Shown in pieces: positions 29,609 to 43,191 of a stretch of 64,000 bases of DNA; the first letter of the stretch is position 1; every line of letters begins with the position of its first letter. A program made the translations under genes and the position numbers. The notes beneath the pieces were generated by a model, which worked only from the letters and a program-made list of their open reading frames with translations, did no database searches and was not told where the DNA came from. The stretch comes from Eledone cirrhosa (Eukaryota), in assembly GCA_964016885.1 (NCBI GenBank), contig OZ024750.1, positions 21,638,001 to 21,702,000 on the forward strand, given 5' to 3'.

Positions 29609-30216
29609 GTCAGGTCACCACTTGGTGCTACTGGTAACATGTATCCCAGTACAACCTGTCTCATGGTCGGGTCGTTGGCGACTAAACTGGCAACCCCACC
29701 AAGGTTTCTTGGTGAGGAGGGTGACTTTGGACATCCTGCAGGACTAAAAACAAAACCTGTCAAAGGGCAAAGGAGCTCTTAAGAGTCAATGGCCATCCAA
29801 AATCAGTGGGAGAGATGACCCCTTAGCCTTTGTCAAGGCAGAATTCTAGGAGAAGGAAAACTCTGATATAACACCTGCAACCCTGATGGTATCCAATGAT
29901 GTTGACTTGTTCTTCTTTTTGGTAAATATCATCTTGGTTAAGAGAGTGGGACTGGCTTTGTGCAGTGCCTTTGCTCACTATAAAAGCTTCACGGCACAGG
30001 CATTGCTTTGTATCTGGAGATCTCTCTGCACTTGTCGTCACATGGTACCAAAGGCAAAGCACTATGTGTCAATAATTGTCACAAGTGTAGTGTTTGTACC
30101 AGAGTTTTCAAGTCGCTGGCTGGACTAAAAAGTCACTCGTTCAGCGCATCGGTAGGGGTTCTCCTACATGGATATAAAGTAGTGGCCGTACTCGAAAACG
30201 AGTTGGCAGCCACCAT
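29609..30216 (+). mobile_element. ~600-bp bipartite RTE-derived non-autonomous retroelement
   Basis: RTE-like 5' UTR motif ctaggagaaggaaaactctga; 3' C2H2-like remnant CSVCTRVFKSLAGLKSH; tail ctcgaaaacgagttggcagccaccat followed by a microsatellite; no RT. Confidence 0.75.
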
Positions 30217-30234
30217 ATATATGTATATATACAA

Positions 30235-30300
<66 letters not shown>

Positions 30301-31766
30301 GTTTGAATATGTGTAATAAGGCCAAGACAATGCAGGTATGGACATAGAAAAAAGAATGCAATAGTGAAAGATATTGATGTGAATTCCTCTTTCACCTTGA
30401 TGTGAATTCGTCTTTCACTATTGTATTCTTTTTTTTTTTTTTTTTTTTTTTCTATGTCCATACCTGCATTGTCTTGGCCTTATTACACATATTCAAACGT
30501 TTATACCTCATTACACAATGCTTCAAGTGAACTATAACCTCCCCATATATATATATATATATATATACGAGTATATATATACACACACACGTGTATATAT
30601 ATATATACATATATATATATTACTCAATGTATTCTGTGTGTTCAAGCTGATAATTTGCCATCTGCTGCAGACGTTAATAGTTAGTTGGAGGTGTAATAAG
30701 GTTTAACTATCAGTAACACTAACATACCGTGATTCATAGTAAATATCACTGAAGAGGGATACCAATCCTGAAACTCCAGTATCTGGCGTTCTCACGCATG
30801 TCATAGCTACATCAATAGACGTGACATGATCAGACCTTAAATACTCTTCGCGATACTTATATCTGTTTATTACTTTGCCTTTCATCCTTACGGGGTTGAT
30901 AAAATAAAGTACCAGTAATGCACTGGGTAATTGCTGGCCTTGTGCCTAAAGTAGAAACAATTATACATAAACATTTTATATAAGCTTACATATACGAATA
31001 TATTATAAGATTAAACTCATTGTGAACATGTCCAAATAGATTTTGTACTGGATTGTCAATTCTGGAGTTAGTAGTTCATATCTGGTCCACTTCATATCAC
31101 TTCGTCTTATTTTGGTGGATGAACAAATAACGAAATAACGTTTGGAAATATAAACATATTTTCACTATAAAGGCACATAATCTATCCGATGTTTTAACGA
31201 CTCTGTCAATTTGCCGCCATTACTATTTATCAAAGTACTATCAAAATAGAAAACGTAGTACGGTTGTGTAGTGAAGAACCCCACTTCACAATTCTGACCC
31301 GCACAGAATTTTGAGAAATTTATACTTTTCAATAGCCTCAGGCTAACATATGATGTGTGAGGAAAATTGTTTGACAGGAACTGTTTTGAAGTCCGTTAGA
31401 TGGAATGTACCTTAATTTGAAGGGTTAGTTCATCTTCGGCAAATATTCATCCACGCTGATCGGTTTGAGATATACTTTACTGGTACGCAGCTCCGTCGAC
31501 AATTCAGCCACTTTCATGACAATGTAATCAGTAAGTAGTGTAATTTATTAATATGCGTCTGTGCGTATGTATGTAACTTGTGGTAAAAATATATGCTTTA
31601 TCTGATATATTTTAATTGAACTCTTGCTGTTTGAACCAGTTACATGAAATTCAAAGACATAAGTACATCGTACCGACTACCAGTTGAGATGGTATAGACT
31701 CAGTGGTTACATATCTCACTAGATGTAACTAGTTTAAAATGTAGTAATTTCATGTGCATCTGCCTA

Positions 31767-31818
<52 letters not shown>

Positions 31819-33125
31819 CTCTATCTATCTATCTATCTATCTCACTCTCTCTCTCTCTCTCTCTTTGTATATATATATATATGTATATATAAATATATAT
31901 TGTGTATGTGTGTGAGTATGTCGGTTCTTAAAATGTTTGTATTACACTTTTATTTACTTTTCATTCCATTTCTCAGTGGGTTTCAGATTGTATCATTATT
32001 AATACCTATGATATTTCAATTGAGATAGTAGAATAGTGCAAAATTAATTTCTGTTTTAACCCTACATCCATCTCGAATATAAGAAATAAAACAAAGAAAA
32101 TTTTAAAATAATATCAGACAGAAGAATAAGTTCTTATTGACATGTTATTGACATACGCTGACATATATCATTTTCACCAAGAAAAGGCCAGCTGTATCAT
32201 CGTAGCCGACGACCACGCAGGAGAGAGTAGGGAACAGCCGCCCCGGCTGACGATGCGATGACGACGACAATGCCCTCACCGAACGCCGTTTTTGCCTGAC
32301 TCCAAGGTGCGATCTGCCTGCGATCACTGCAAGTAATAGCTCCAGAATTGCACACAGTTACACACTCTCCGCGCGATGCTTTTCACCAGGCAACGAGTAC
32401 TACTCTGATCTGTGGTCTGATACATACATAAATACATATATATATCCAAAATTAAATTAAGGGTTGTCATGTCTGAGAGACATGCGCCATATCCACTGTA
32501 AAATAAGCTCAAAGATTCCTATAAATAGATCCGAGCATTTCATATCAACTAGAAATAGATTGACATATATACGTCAATCTATTTTATATATATATATATA
32601 CGTCAATCTATTTCTAGTTCATATGTACATATATATATATTTAATATAGAAATGGCTTCTACAGGACTAGAACTGTTTCATTCGGGAGAAATCATTAGGA
32701 AGATTATATATAACAAATAAGGCGTGGTAAGATGCCAGGTGGACAATAACGCACACGAGTATTCTATACTTAAGGTACTATGGTTGGTGATAGGAAATGA
32801 GTCAGGACCCCTACGGCTGTGTGTGTGTGTATGTTTCCCAATCAATCTAATTACTAACTAGGTTCGACGCTGCATCGGTACTCGGGCGAGAACCGATGTT
32901 TTCAGCGTGATAGAGCTGTGAGTGCGCAGGTGAAGCTCCAGAGTAACAAGTCTTACCAATTAGCCAGAATAAATCGATATTTATAATCTATTTCGGTATT
33001 GAGTACTCATTCTCACGTCCCTAAATAATATGCGCATATATATATATTCAAATATATATATATACATACATATATGTGTGTATATATATATATATATATA
33101 AATGTATGTGTGTTTATATATATAT

Positions 33126-33216
<91 letters not shown>

Positions 33217-33217
33217 C

Positions 33218-33272
<55 letters not shown>

Positions 33273-33305
33273 CATATATATACATACATATATATATATA
33301 TATGC

Positions 33306-33348
<43 letters not shown>

Positions 33349-33506
33349 CATATATATACATTTATATATACTTATATATTTATATATACTTATATATATA
33401 TATATATATACATATATATACATTTATATATACTTATATATTTATATATACTTATATATATATATATACATATATATATATACATATATTTATACATTTA
33501 TATATA

Positions 33507-33569
<63 letters not shown>

Positions 33570-35045
33570 ATAGATAATTGAAGAAACAAAATAATTGGAA
33601 AAGTGAAAAATAATAAAAATGACCAATAAAAGACAGAAAGTTGAAAGAAATAAAATAAAGAGACATGGAGAACGAGTGAAAGAATGAATAGTATAAGAAA
33701 TTTGTCAGTTATTGATTTATTTCTCTATATTTTAAAACCTTCTATCCTTTGCATAGCTCTCTAACAGTGAGGTATTACATTAGAGCAAAGAAAACGACAG
33801 TCTACTTAGTGCTAACAGCTCGGATATTATGAATTTAATAGCGATTCCAAAAGCTCCTGACGCGATTTCGATAACCTACTCAGAGTCTGGAGTGCTTTCC
33901 AAATGTGTTTCACCTCCATTATATATGGACGAACACGTTTCTGAAGTCTTGTGTTGATCTTAATATGAAATTGTAGAAATAAAAGATTTTAAGATGAAAA
34001 GTGGAAGAGAGAGGTGGAGATAGTGAGATATGTGGGATAATAGCGATGAACGGAGAAGTGAGTTTAAGATGAGGGCTGGTGAAGATAGTAAGTCGGAGGA
34101 TGATAAAGGTGAGAGAAGAAGGTAGAGAGATAGACAGTGTGTGTATGTGTGTATGTATGACATTGTGTGAGTGTAAATATATTTGTAAACGTTTGCATAT
34201 GTGTGTGTGTGTATGGGGGAGGGGGGGGGGGGGTATATATGTATGTATCTGTGTTTCTGTGTCTGTGTGTCTGTCGGGGTGTTTATGTGGTAAAATAAAA
34301 ATTAGAAAGATATGAGAAGATTCGTTGGGAAAGACAGATATGTTTCTTTTATTTGCCACAAGGGCATCAAAAGTGGGACAAGTACAATGGGGGGAGTTTA
34401 CAAAACAAGGCGTCCTCAATAGGGAGGAGGCAATAACAATATATAAAAATAAAATAAAATATAACAAAAAATAGAATTATAAGAAAATCCTCAATAGAGG
34501 ATTTTGTTATAAAATATAACAAAAAATAAAATTTATAACAAAATCCTCAATAGAGAGGAGGCGCCTTGGGGGGTCGCAAACACCCCCGAAAAAAGTGTGC
34601 AACCCTTTTCCTCAGGAGCACAGAGAGGGGGGTGCTCCCTCGTTCCTTCCTCTTTTCCACCTACACGCTTATGTAAAGAGAAGGCCCATTCACACGGGCC
34701 ATTCTCGCCACTTTCACCCACCTTTCATAAAAACGACTGGGGTGCAGCACCTCTCTCGACAGATAGACAGAGAGATATGGGCTGAGGGGAGAAAGTGTGG
34801 AAGAAAGATTAATAATATGGTATAACGGATGTGACAATAAATGATTTAGGTTACAATATATATTTGTATATATGTGTACTAATATATCTATACATATACA
34901 TACGCACGTATTTGTGTATATATGTAGTTATATGTATATCTATGTATGTATGTATGTATGTATAAATATATGTATGTGTGTATACTCGACAACGAGGGGG
35001 CAGCCATCATGTATAGTTAGATAGATAGATGCATGTATGCATACA

Positions 35046-35102
<57 letters not shown>

Positions 35103-35377
35103 GTATATATACATTTGATGATATTTTATATACATGCATACATGTATACATACATGGATACAATCATATATGTAAATAAACGTTTGACAATACTTATATA
35201 CACATGCATACATACATACATACATGCATACATATATAAATACATGTATATGTATATATATGTATATATACGTATGACGATACTTATATACACATACATA
35301 CATACATATATAAATACATATATATGTATATATATGTATATATACGTATGACGATACTTATATATATACATACATAA

Positions 35378-35409
<32 letters not shown>

Positions 35410-35529
35410 ACGTATGACGATTCTTACATACATACATGCATGCATGCATACATACATACATACATACATACATACATACATACATACATACATACACATA
35501 TACATACATACATTACATACATACATACA

Positions 35530-35560
<31 letters not shown>

Positions 35561-35615
35561 CATACATACATACATACATACATACATACATTACATACAT
35601 ACATACATACATACA

Positions 35616-35646
<31 letters not shown>

Positions 35647-35648
35647 CA

Positions 35649-35679
<31 letters not shown>

Positions 35680-35706
35680 CATACATACATACATTACATA
35701 CATACA

Positions 35707-35737
<31 letters not shown>

Positions 35738-36350
35738 CATACATACATACATACATACATACATACATACATACATACATACATACATACATACACGTGT
35801 GTGTTTATTCGTATGAAGGCTGCTTTCATGAACAAAATAAAGAAGCCTATACTTCAGGAAGGCGTATTTAATATATTTCTATATAGATGATTTAAAGACT
35901 AGCTTAAAGAATCGTAATTCCTTTGCAACCCACACGGATTTAAATAAAAACCATGGGGGTTTTAAAACAATTGAAATTCTCTAAGCTTGTCATTACTAGA
36001 GAATATATTGAATTCTCCTTCCTCAAATATTAAATGTATTATTTAGTTTGTTAAAGCATTCTTCATGCGAATAAGCACATGGTAACTCTCCCTCTCTCTA
36101 TCTATCTATCAAACTATACCCCACTCTCACTCACTCTCCCTCTCGCTCTCTTTCGCTGTCTATTTGTCTCCTTCTTTACCTATCGATTTCTATCTCTACT
36201 CTCTCTATTTCTCTCTCCCCCTCGTGACACCGACGTGAAACCTATGTATTTGTCAAGATACAAAAAGACATAGGTTTCAGATTCAGCAAATTCGGTCATA
36301 TATTCTGTAGAATTATTCCTATTCCACTTGGTAATCTCTCTCTCTCTCTA

Positions 36351-36399
<49 letters not shown>

Positions 36400-36533
36400 C
36401 CAGAATTAGCCGTCGAAACGGCTTGAGCTCAGCCGTCGGGGTCTTACTTGTTCCTATTACCCACTCTACTACTCTAAGTATTGAGTACTTTGGTGCGTTA
36501 TGGTCCACCTGGTTCCTTACCACATTTCCTTCG

Positions 36534-36578
<45 letters not shown>

Positions 36579-36587
36579 TACATACAT

Positions 36588-36643
<56 letters not shown>

Positions 36644-36672
36644 ATCTTTCTTTCTCTCTCCCGTCTCTCCAC

Positions 36673-36753
<81 letters not shown>

Positions 36754-37404
36754 CACACATATATATATTTATATATACACACACATCTTCATTTACTCAA
36801 CTATATCGACCATTGTACTGATTTCCTGTCAAGTCATGATACTGATTTTATCTATCGCTTTTTTTGTGTGTCGAACCACTAATTTGCAGGAACAATGACT
36901 TTCACTGGGAGGAAACGTATGTATATGTGCATATATGTATATGTATGTATATATAAGTATATATATATATATTTATATATGTGTGGGGGGGGGGGTCTGA
37001 TGGTAGCTAAGATGCTTCCATAGGCGGTGTGCCGGTTGAGCACTCTATGCTCTTACGGAGCAGTGTATGATAGAATAGAAAACGAAAAATCAGTTATGTA
37101 TCTGAACTCAATTTATTGTGTTACCATTGTTTCCCCGGCGGACAGTTCGAGACGCCATCATTGTGTCCATGATGCATCACTGATTTTTCGTTTTCTATTA
37201 TATATATATATATATATATATAGTATTAAGGATACTATTTATGGTTATGTATGTAATAAAACCTTTTATGGTTATACATTTTTTATACAAACCCCAAATA
37301 GTGAAAGATAGTCATTAATTACACTGTGGGTCAATATATGCATATGTTTTTATATGTCTCTTGTGTTGAAAAGGAGGTCAAGTATGTTATAGATCACTAA
37401 ATAG

Positions 37405-37453
37405 TTGCTCCGAGGAATCCAAACCTCGGTTTGGAGGAAACAATTGTAAGCAA
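37405..37453 (+). ncRNA. Type I hammerhead fold, family 6, core variant U4C
   Basis: ttgct-CCGAGGA-atccaaac-ctcg-gtttggag-GAAA-caattg-TA-agcaa. Confidence 0.7.
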
Positions 37454-37495
37454 ATAAATGATTTAAACTGAACTTTGATTATTGAAATCTCTATA

Positions 37496-37565
<70 letters not shown>

Positions 37566-37573
37566 AGAGAGAG

Positions 37574-37978
37574 AGATTTAAAAGAGTCGTAGTCAGTCAG
37601 TGTTGCAGCATATGTACAAACTTTATTTGCATATTACACTTGCTTCGATATCGATCACCTTAAGGTACAATCAAGGTGACGAGGCTCGTAACCTTGCGAG
37701 CTTATATGTGTTTAGATGTGTCTTGGAACATATAAGTTCGCATATCTGATGAGATCTCGAAAAGGAGTCGGGTCCAGTCGCCTTGATTGTACCCTGAGCA
37801 GATCGATATCGAAACAATTGTAATATGCAAATAAAGTTTGTGCATATGCTTCAACTCTGATTTTGACACTTTTAAATCTATTTACGCTCTGCACACTGCA
37901 GCCGTAACGGACCTCGTAACAGCATCGAGTGCTTCAAAGGGTGTGCCGCCTGTACATGTTGTTACACATTTAACCAAC
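37574..37978 (+). mobile_element. Hammerhead-bearing element, family 5, older fold-back
   Basis: Diverged inverted arms at about 37574-37710 and 37728-37879 plus an ~100-bp tail; flanked by (GA)n and (CA)n/(TA)n. Confidence 0.65.
37740..37828 (+). ncRNA. Type I hammerhead fold, family 5, with enlarged stem II loop
   Basis: gcatat-CTGATGA-gatctcga-(42 nt)-tcgatatc-GAAA-caattg-TA-atatgc. Palindromic stem III ACAATTGT, GUA site after 37822. Confidence 0.8.
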
Positions 37979-37993
37979 ACACACACACACACG

Positions 37994-38058
<65 letters not shown>

Positions 38059-38101
38059 ATATGTATATATATATATGTATATGTATATATGTATATATGT
38101 A

Positions 38102-38185
<84 letters not shown>

Positions 38186-39220
38186 CTAATAATAATAAAT
38201 TTGAAGACTAAAATCAAAAGAGGGCTCGATAAGGATAAATATATATCAAATATATATGAACCGTAGAGCAAATATATATATATATATAAAGAATTAATAT
38301 CGAGTAACATATAATTTTCTTATTTTACGTCTCTCATATTATATAAATATATATATATATTGCAAAAATAAATAACAATAAGGAGTACAGTTACGAAAGG
38401 TGTTAGGTATTAGGTTTACGCTTGAGAGTGGGTGTGTGGGGGGGGGGGGGGGTATTATATATATGGTGGCTGCCAACTCGTTTTCGAGTACGGCCACTAC
38501 TTTATATCCGTGTAGGAGAACCCCTACCGATGCGCTGAACGAGTGTGACTTTTTAGTTCAGCCAGCGACTTGAAAACTCTGGTACAAACACTACACTTGT
38601 GACAATCATTGACACATAGTGCTAGGCCCATGGTACCATGTGACGACAAGTGCAGAGAGATCTCCAGATATAAAGCAATGCCTGTGCCGTGAAGCTTTTA
38701 TAGTGAGCAAAGGCACTGCACAAAGCCAGTCCCACTCTCTTAACCAAGATGATATTTACCAAAAAGAAGAACAAGTCAACATCATTGGATACCATCAGGG
38801 TTGCAGGTGTTATATCAGAGTTTTCCTTCTCCTAGAATTCTGCCTTGACAAAGGCTAAGGGGTCATCTCTCCCTATATATATATATATCAGCAATACTTA
38901 ACATAAAAGGACACACCCACATGCACCCTCATGCAACGTAAACTCAAAAATTTACACAAGAAATTTGATCCCATGAAATATTGCATAAGGCAAATTAAGT
39001 CATCCCTTGCTTCTCGTGAATACTAAAGCAAACATCAAACAACGCTTGAAAACGATTTATAAATGTAAATCTAATTTCAAAGAGAAGAGACCGGAACATT
39101 TTTTTCTCTGAGAGTTCCTTATACTCTGACGAAATATATTAGGATGAAAGACACAAAAATAAAAAAAGATTAACGTTTTCGAAGCCTTCATATTACCTTC
39201 CACTTTGCATTGTTTAGCCT

Positions 39221-39287
<67 letters not shown>

Positions 39288-39340
39288 TATTCGTGTATAT
39301 ATATATATATATATACGTATATATATATATATATATATAC

Positions 39341-39458
<118 letters not shown>

Positions 39459-39582
39459 CGAAGGAAATGTGGTAAGGAACCAGATTGACCATAACGCACC
39501 AAAGTACTCAATACTTAGGGTAGTAGAGTCCAGAATTAGCCGTCGAAACGGCTTGAGCTCAGTCGTCGGGGTCCTACTCGTT

Positions 39583-39637
<55 letters not shown>

Positions 39638-40356
39638 AGGCTAAACAATGCAAAGTGGAAAATATAGATATATATAGTAACAAGGATAAATGTGAAGACT
39701 AAAATCCAAAGAGGGCTCGATAAGGATAAATATATATCAAATATATAAGAACCCGAGAGCAAATATTTATTAAAATAACAGATTAAAGTTTGAGCAAAGA
39801 ATCCTTGCTTTCACCCTTAACGGGATATTCTGAGTTTTAATAAACTCGGCGAGATTTGAACACAGAGAGCAGAGAGCCGGAAGTAATGTCCCAAACTCTT
39901 CTATCCGACATTCTAATGACGCCATATATATATATATGTGGAGAGGGGGTGTATGTGTGTGTGTAGTGTGTAAAATACTCGGAATGGCTACAGTTATCAG
40001 AAAAAAAATTAGCTATTACGTTAAGTGGTGTATTTTATTGAAAGAATTGAAGTTAAAATTCCCAAAGTTTATTATATCTTCGAAACCCGTATGAGTCTCT
40101 TTCTGTGTGTGTGTATATATATATACATGGGGGGTTAGAATTTTATGGTGTGCTTATTCACGTGAAGAATGCTTTCAGATACAAAATATTGATTTTCCGT
40201 TAAAGAACAGAAAGGAACCACAATTAAAGTAAGGTAGTCAATATATCAGTTATAGAGCGTTCCTTGTTTTATTGAGAAATGACATTTACAGGACCAATTC
40301 CAATTCATTCGGATGGGAATGAAGCAGAACTACACCTGCAAAATACCTCACAATAT

Positions 40357-40420
<64 letters not shown>

Positions 40421-40452
40421 ACGCGCGCGCGCGCGGGCGTGCATTGTTTTTG

Positions 40453-40483
<31 letters not shown>

Positions 40484-40507
40484 GAGTGTGTGTGTGTGTA
40501 ATATATA

Positions 40508-40574
<67 letters not shown>

Positions 40575-40627
40575 GTATGAAATATATAAATATATATTAT
40601 ATATATAATATGTATATATTATATGAA

Positions 40628-40693
<66 letters not shown>

Positions 40694-40697
40694 ATTC

Positions 40698-40791
<94 letters not shown>

Positions 40792-40793
40792 AT

Positions 40794-40909
<116 letters not shown>

Positions 40910-40960
40910 CATATAATATATACATATTATATATATAATATATATTTATATATTTCATAC

Positions 40961-40997
<37 letters not shown>

Positions 40998-41171
40998 TAT
41001 ATATTACACACACATATATATATATATATATATTATATATTATATATATATATATATTATATAGATATTATATATATATATATATTATATAGATATTATA
41101 TATATATATATGTTATATAGATATTATATATATATATATATGTTATATATATATATATATTATATAGATAT

Positions 41172-41203
<32 letters not shown>

Positions 41204-41209
41204 ATATAT

Positions 41210-41241
<32 letters not shown>

Positions 41242-41247
41242 ATATAT

Positions 41248-41281
<34 letters not shown>

Positions 41282-41353
41282 ATTATATAGATATTATATA
41301 TATATATATATATAATATCTATATAATATATATATATAACATATATATATAAG

Positions 41354-41541
41354 AGGGCGGTGGATTGGCAGTATCGGTAGAGGGTTTGACGCCATGCTTT
41401 CCAGCATAGTTACGTCCCTTTATGATCTGAGTTCAAATCCCGCCGAGGTTGACTTTGCCTTTCATCCTTACGGGGTCGATAAAATAAAGTACCAGTAATG
41501 CACTGGTAATTGCTGGCCTTGTGCCTAAAGTAGAAACAATT
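41354..41541 (+). mobile_element. SINE family A
   Basis: Head, core and tail intact, inside (TA)n. Confidence 0.9.
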
Positions 41542-42344
41542 ATATATATATATATATATTATATAGATATTATATATATATATGTTATATATATATATAT
41601 ATATATAAGTGGTGTCTGTGTGTGTGTATAAAATATATATCTGAATGTGTGTGTATGTGTGAATGAGTATAATCCATGGAATGTTTAGAGAAATATCACG
41701 TGATGTTCGAGCGTGATCGGTTGTCACAATGTATCGATGTGATATATATTATGTACACAATACAGAGATAAATTGAATTAGATATATGTATATAAGGATA
41801 TTAAAGTAGAGTGTGGAATATAAGGGAAACTATAATAAAACGCATGTGTATAAACGATATATCATACATCAATGAGATATCATGTATTATATATATAATA
41901 TATTATACATGAGAGAGGTATTGTGGTATATATAATATATTACATATCAGTGAGATATCATTCATCATATTTTTTTCGTTTCACTGAGAGTCTTTTTTCA
42001 ACAATTATCTGCATTGAAAACAACATGATAGATTTTTTTTTCTTTACACTGGTAACCATCTCTCGACATCGAAATTTCGATTTCATCGAATCCATCTATA
42101 TATTGAGGTCTACCTCAGACCTAAAATACTTTTGGTAACAAGGAGAATTAGTGATTCCTTACATCCTCTCATTCTGTCAGTCTCTGTCGGTTTATGTATA
42201 CGCGCTCCTTCATTCTCACTATAAATTGAAGTCCTAAACGCCAATAACGGTTTTCACTTCTCTGGGCGTGAAACTGAATAATTTTAATTATTATTCTATG
42301 CCATTTTGATTGTATTTTTCTTTCTTTTACTTTTACGTACATTA

Positions 42345-42431
<87 letters not shown>

Positions 42432-42438
<7 letters not shown>

Positions 42439-42683
42439 TAACAGATTAAAGTTTAAGCAAAGAATCGCTGCTTTCACCCTTAACGGGATCTTCTAAAACT
42501 AACAAAGTCAATCTGCGTTTACAGATTGACTTTGTTAGTTTCAGAAGATCCCGTTAAGGGTGAAAGCAGCGATTCTTTGCTTAAACTTTAATCTGTTATT
42601 TTAATAAATATTTGCTCTCTATTTGAGATATATTTATCCTTATCGAGCCCTCTTTGGATTTTAGTTTTCAAATTTATTATTAT

Positions 42684-42688
<5 letters not shown>
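42432..42688 (+). mobile_element. Hammerhead-like element, family 4, fold-back
   Basis: Palindrome at 42432-42605 plus an ~85-bp tail, within (TA)n. Copies at 38186-38275, 39675-39832, 58778-58953 and 59224-59320. Confidence 0.7.
42537..42587 (+). ncRNA. Type I hammerhead-like fold, family 4, core variant CAGAAGA
   Basis: agttt-CAGAAGA-tccc-gttaa-gggt-GAAA-gcag-cgattct-ttgc-TT-aaact. Related minus-strand copies at about 42450-42500, 39787-39832 and 58796-58848. Confidence 0.6.
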
Positions 42689-42729
<41 letters not shown>

Positions 42730-42747
42730 TTATGTATATATATATCA

Positions 42748-43111
42748 CCTCAGTCTCCTCTGTGTTACTTTCTAGCTGACCTTTGGGAGGCTCCCGTACA
42801 GCTCTGAGTTCTTCATCCTCAGTGTATACTGATTAATGTTCAGAGCCATCCTCAGCATTCTCTTGTAGCACCCATCCACCATGTCAGTGAGTTTCCTGAT
42901 CAGTGTCCCACATTCAGAGTTGACACTGCACTCAGTGTTCCTGTGGGAGCCCCTATACGAACACACTAGAAGAGGGAGACCGATGTTGACATATATTGAT
43001 GCCCTAAGGACAGACACTGGTCTCTGGAAGACGCAGGGCATGGCGGCGATGATGAAAGACAGAGACCGCTGGAGAGAACACGTCCATGGAACTCGGAAAT
43101 TTACCCGCCCT

Positions 43112-43112
<1 letters not shown>
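42748..43112 (+). mobile_element. RTE-like LINE 3' end with inverted 5' segment
   Basis: 42748-42905 reads on the minus strand (DGCYKRMLRMALNI...ELYGSLPKVS.KVTQRRLR); 42910-43112 reads on the plus strand (HSELTLHSVFLWEP...). Confidence 0.85.

Positions 43113-43188
<76 letters not shown>

Positions 43189-43191
<3 letters not shown>

Noticed and set aside
37647-37810. Alternative type III hammerhead reading (CTGATGA-gatctc-GAAA-agg)
   Set aside because: It needs G at the cleavage position and a 5-nt bulge; the long helices come from the fold-back. The type I fold at 37740-37828 fits fully.
39100-39155. CTGACGA...GAAA and CTGAGA...GAAA motifs downstream of a possible decayed Penelope ORF end
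   Set aside because: Stems are weak or a core base is missing; I cannot support a ribozyme call.
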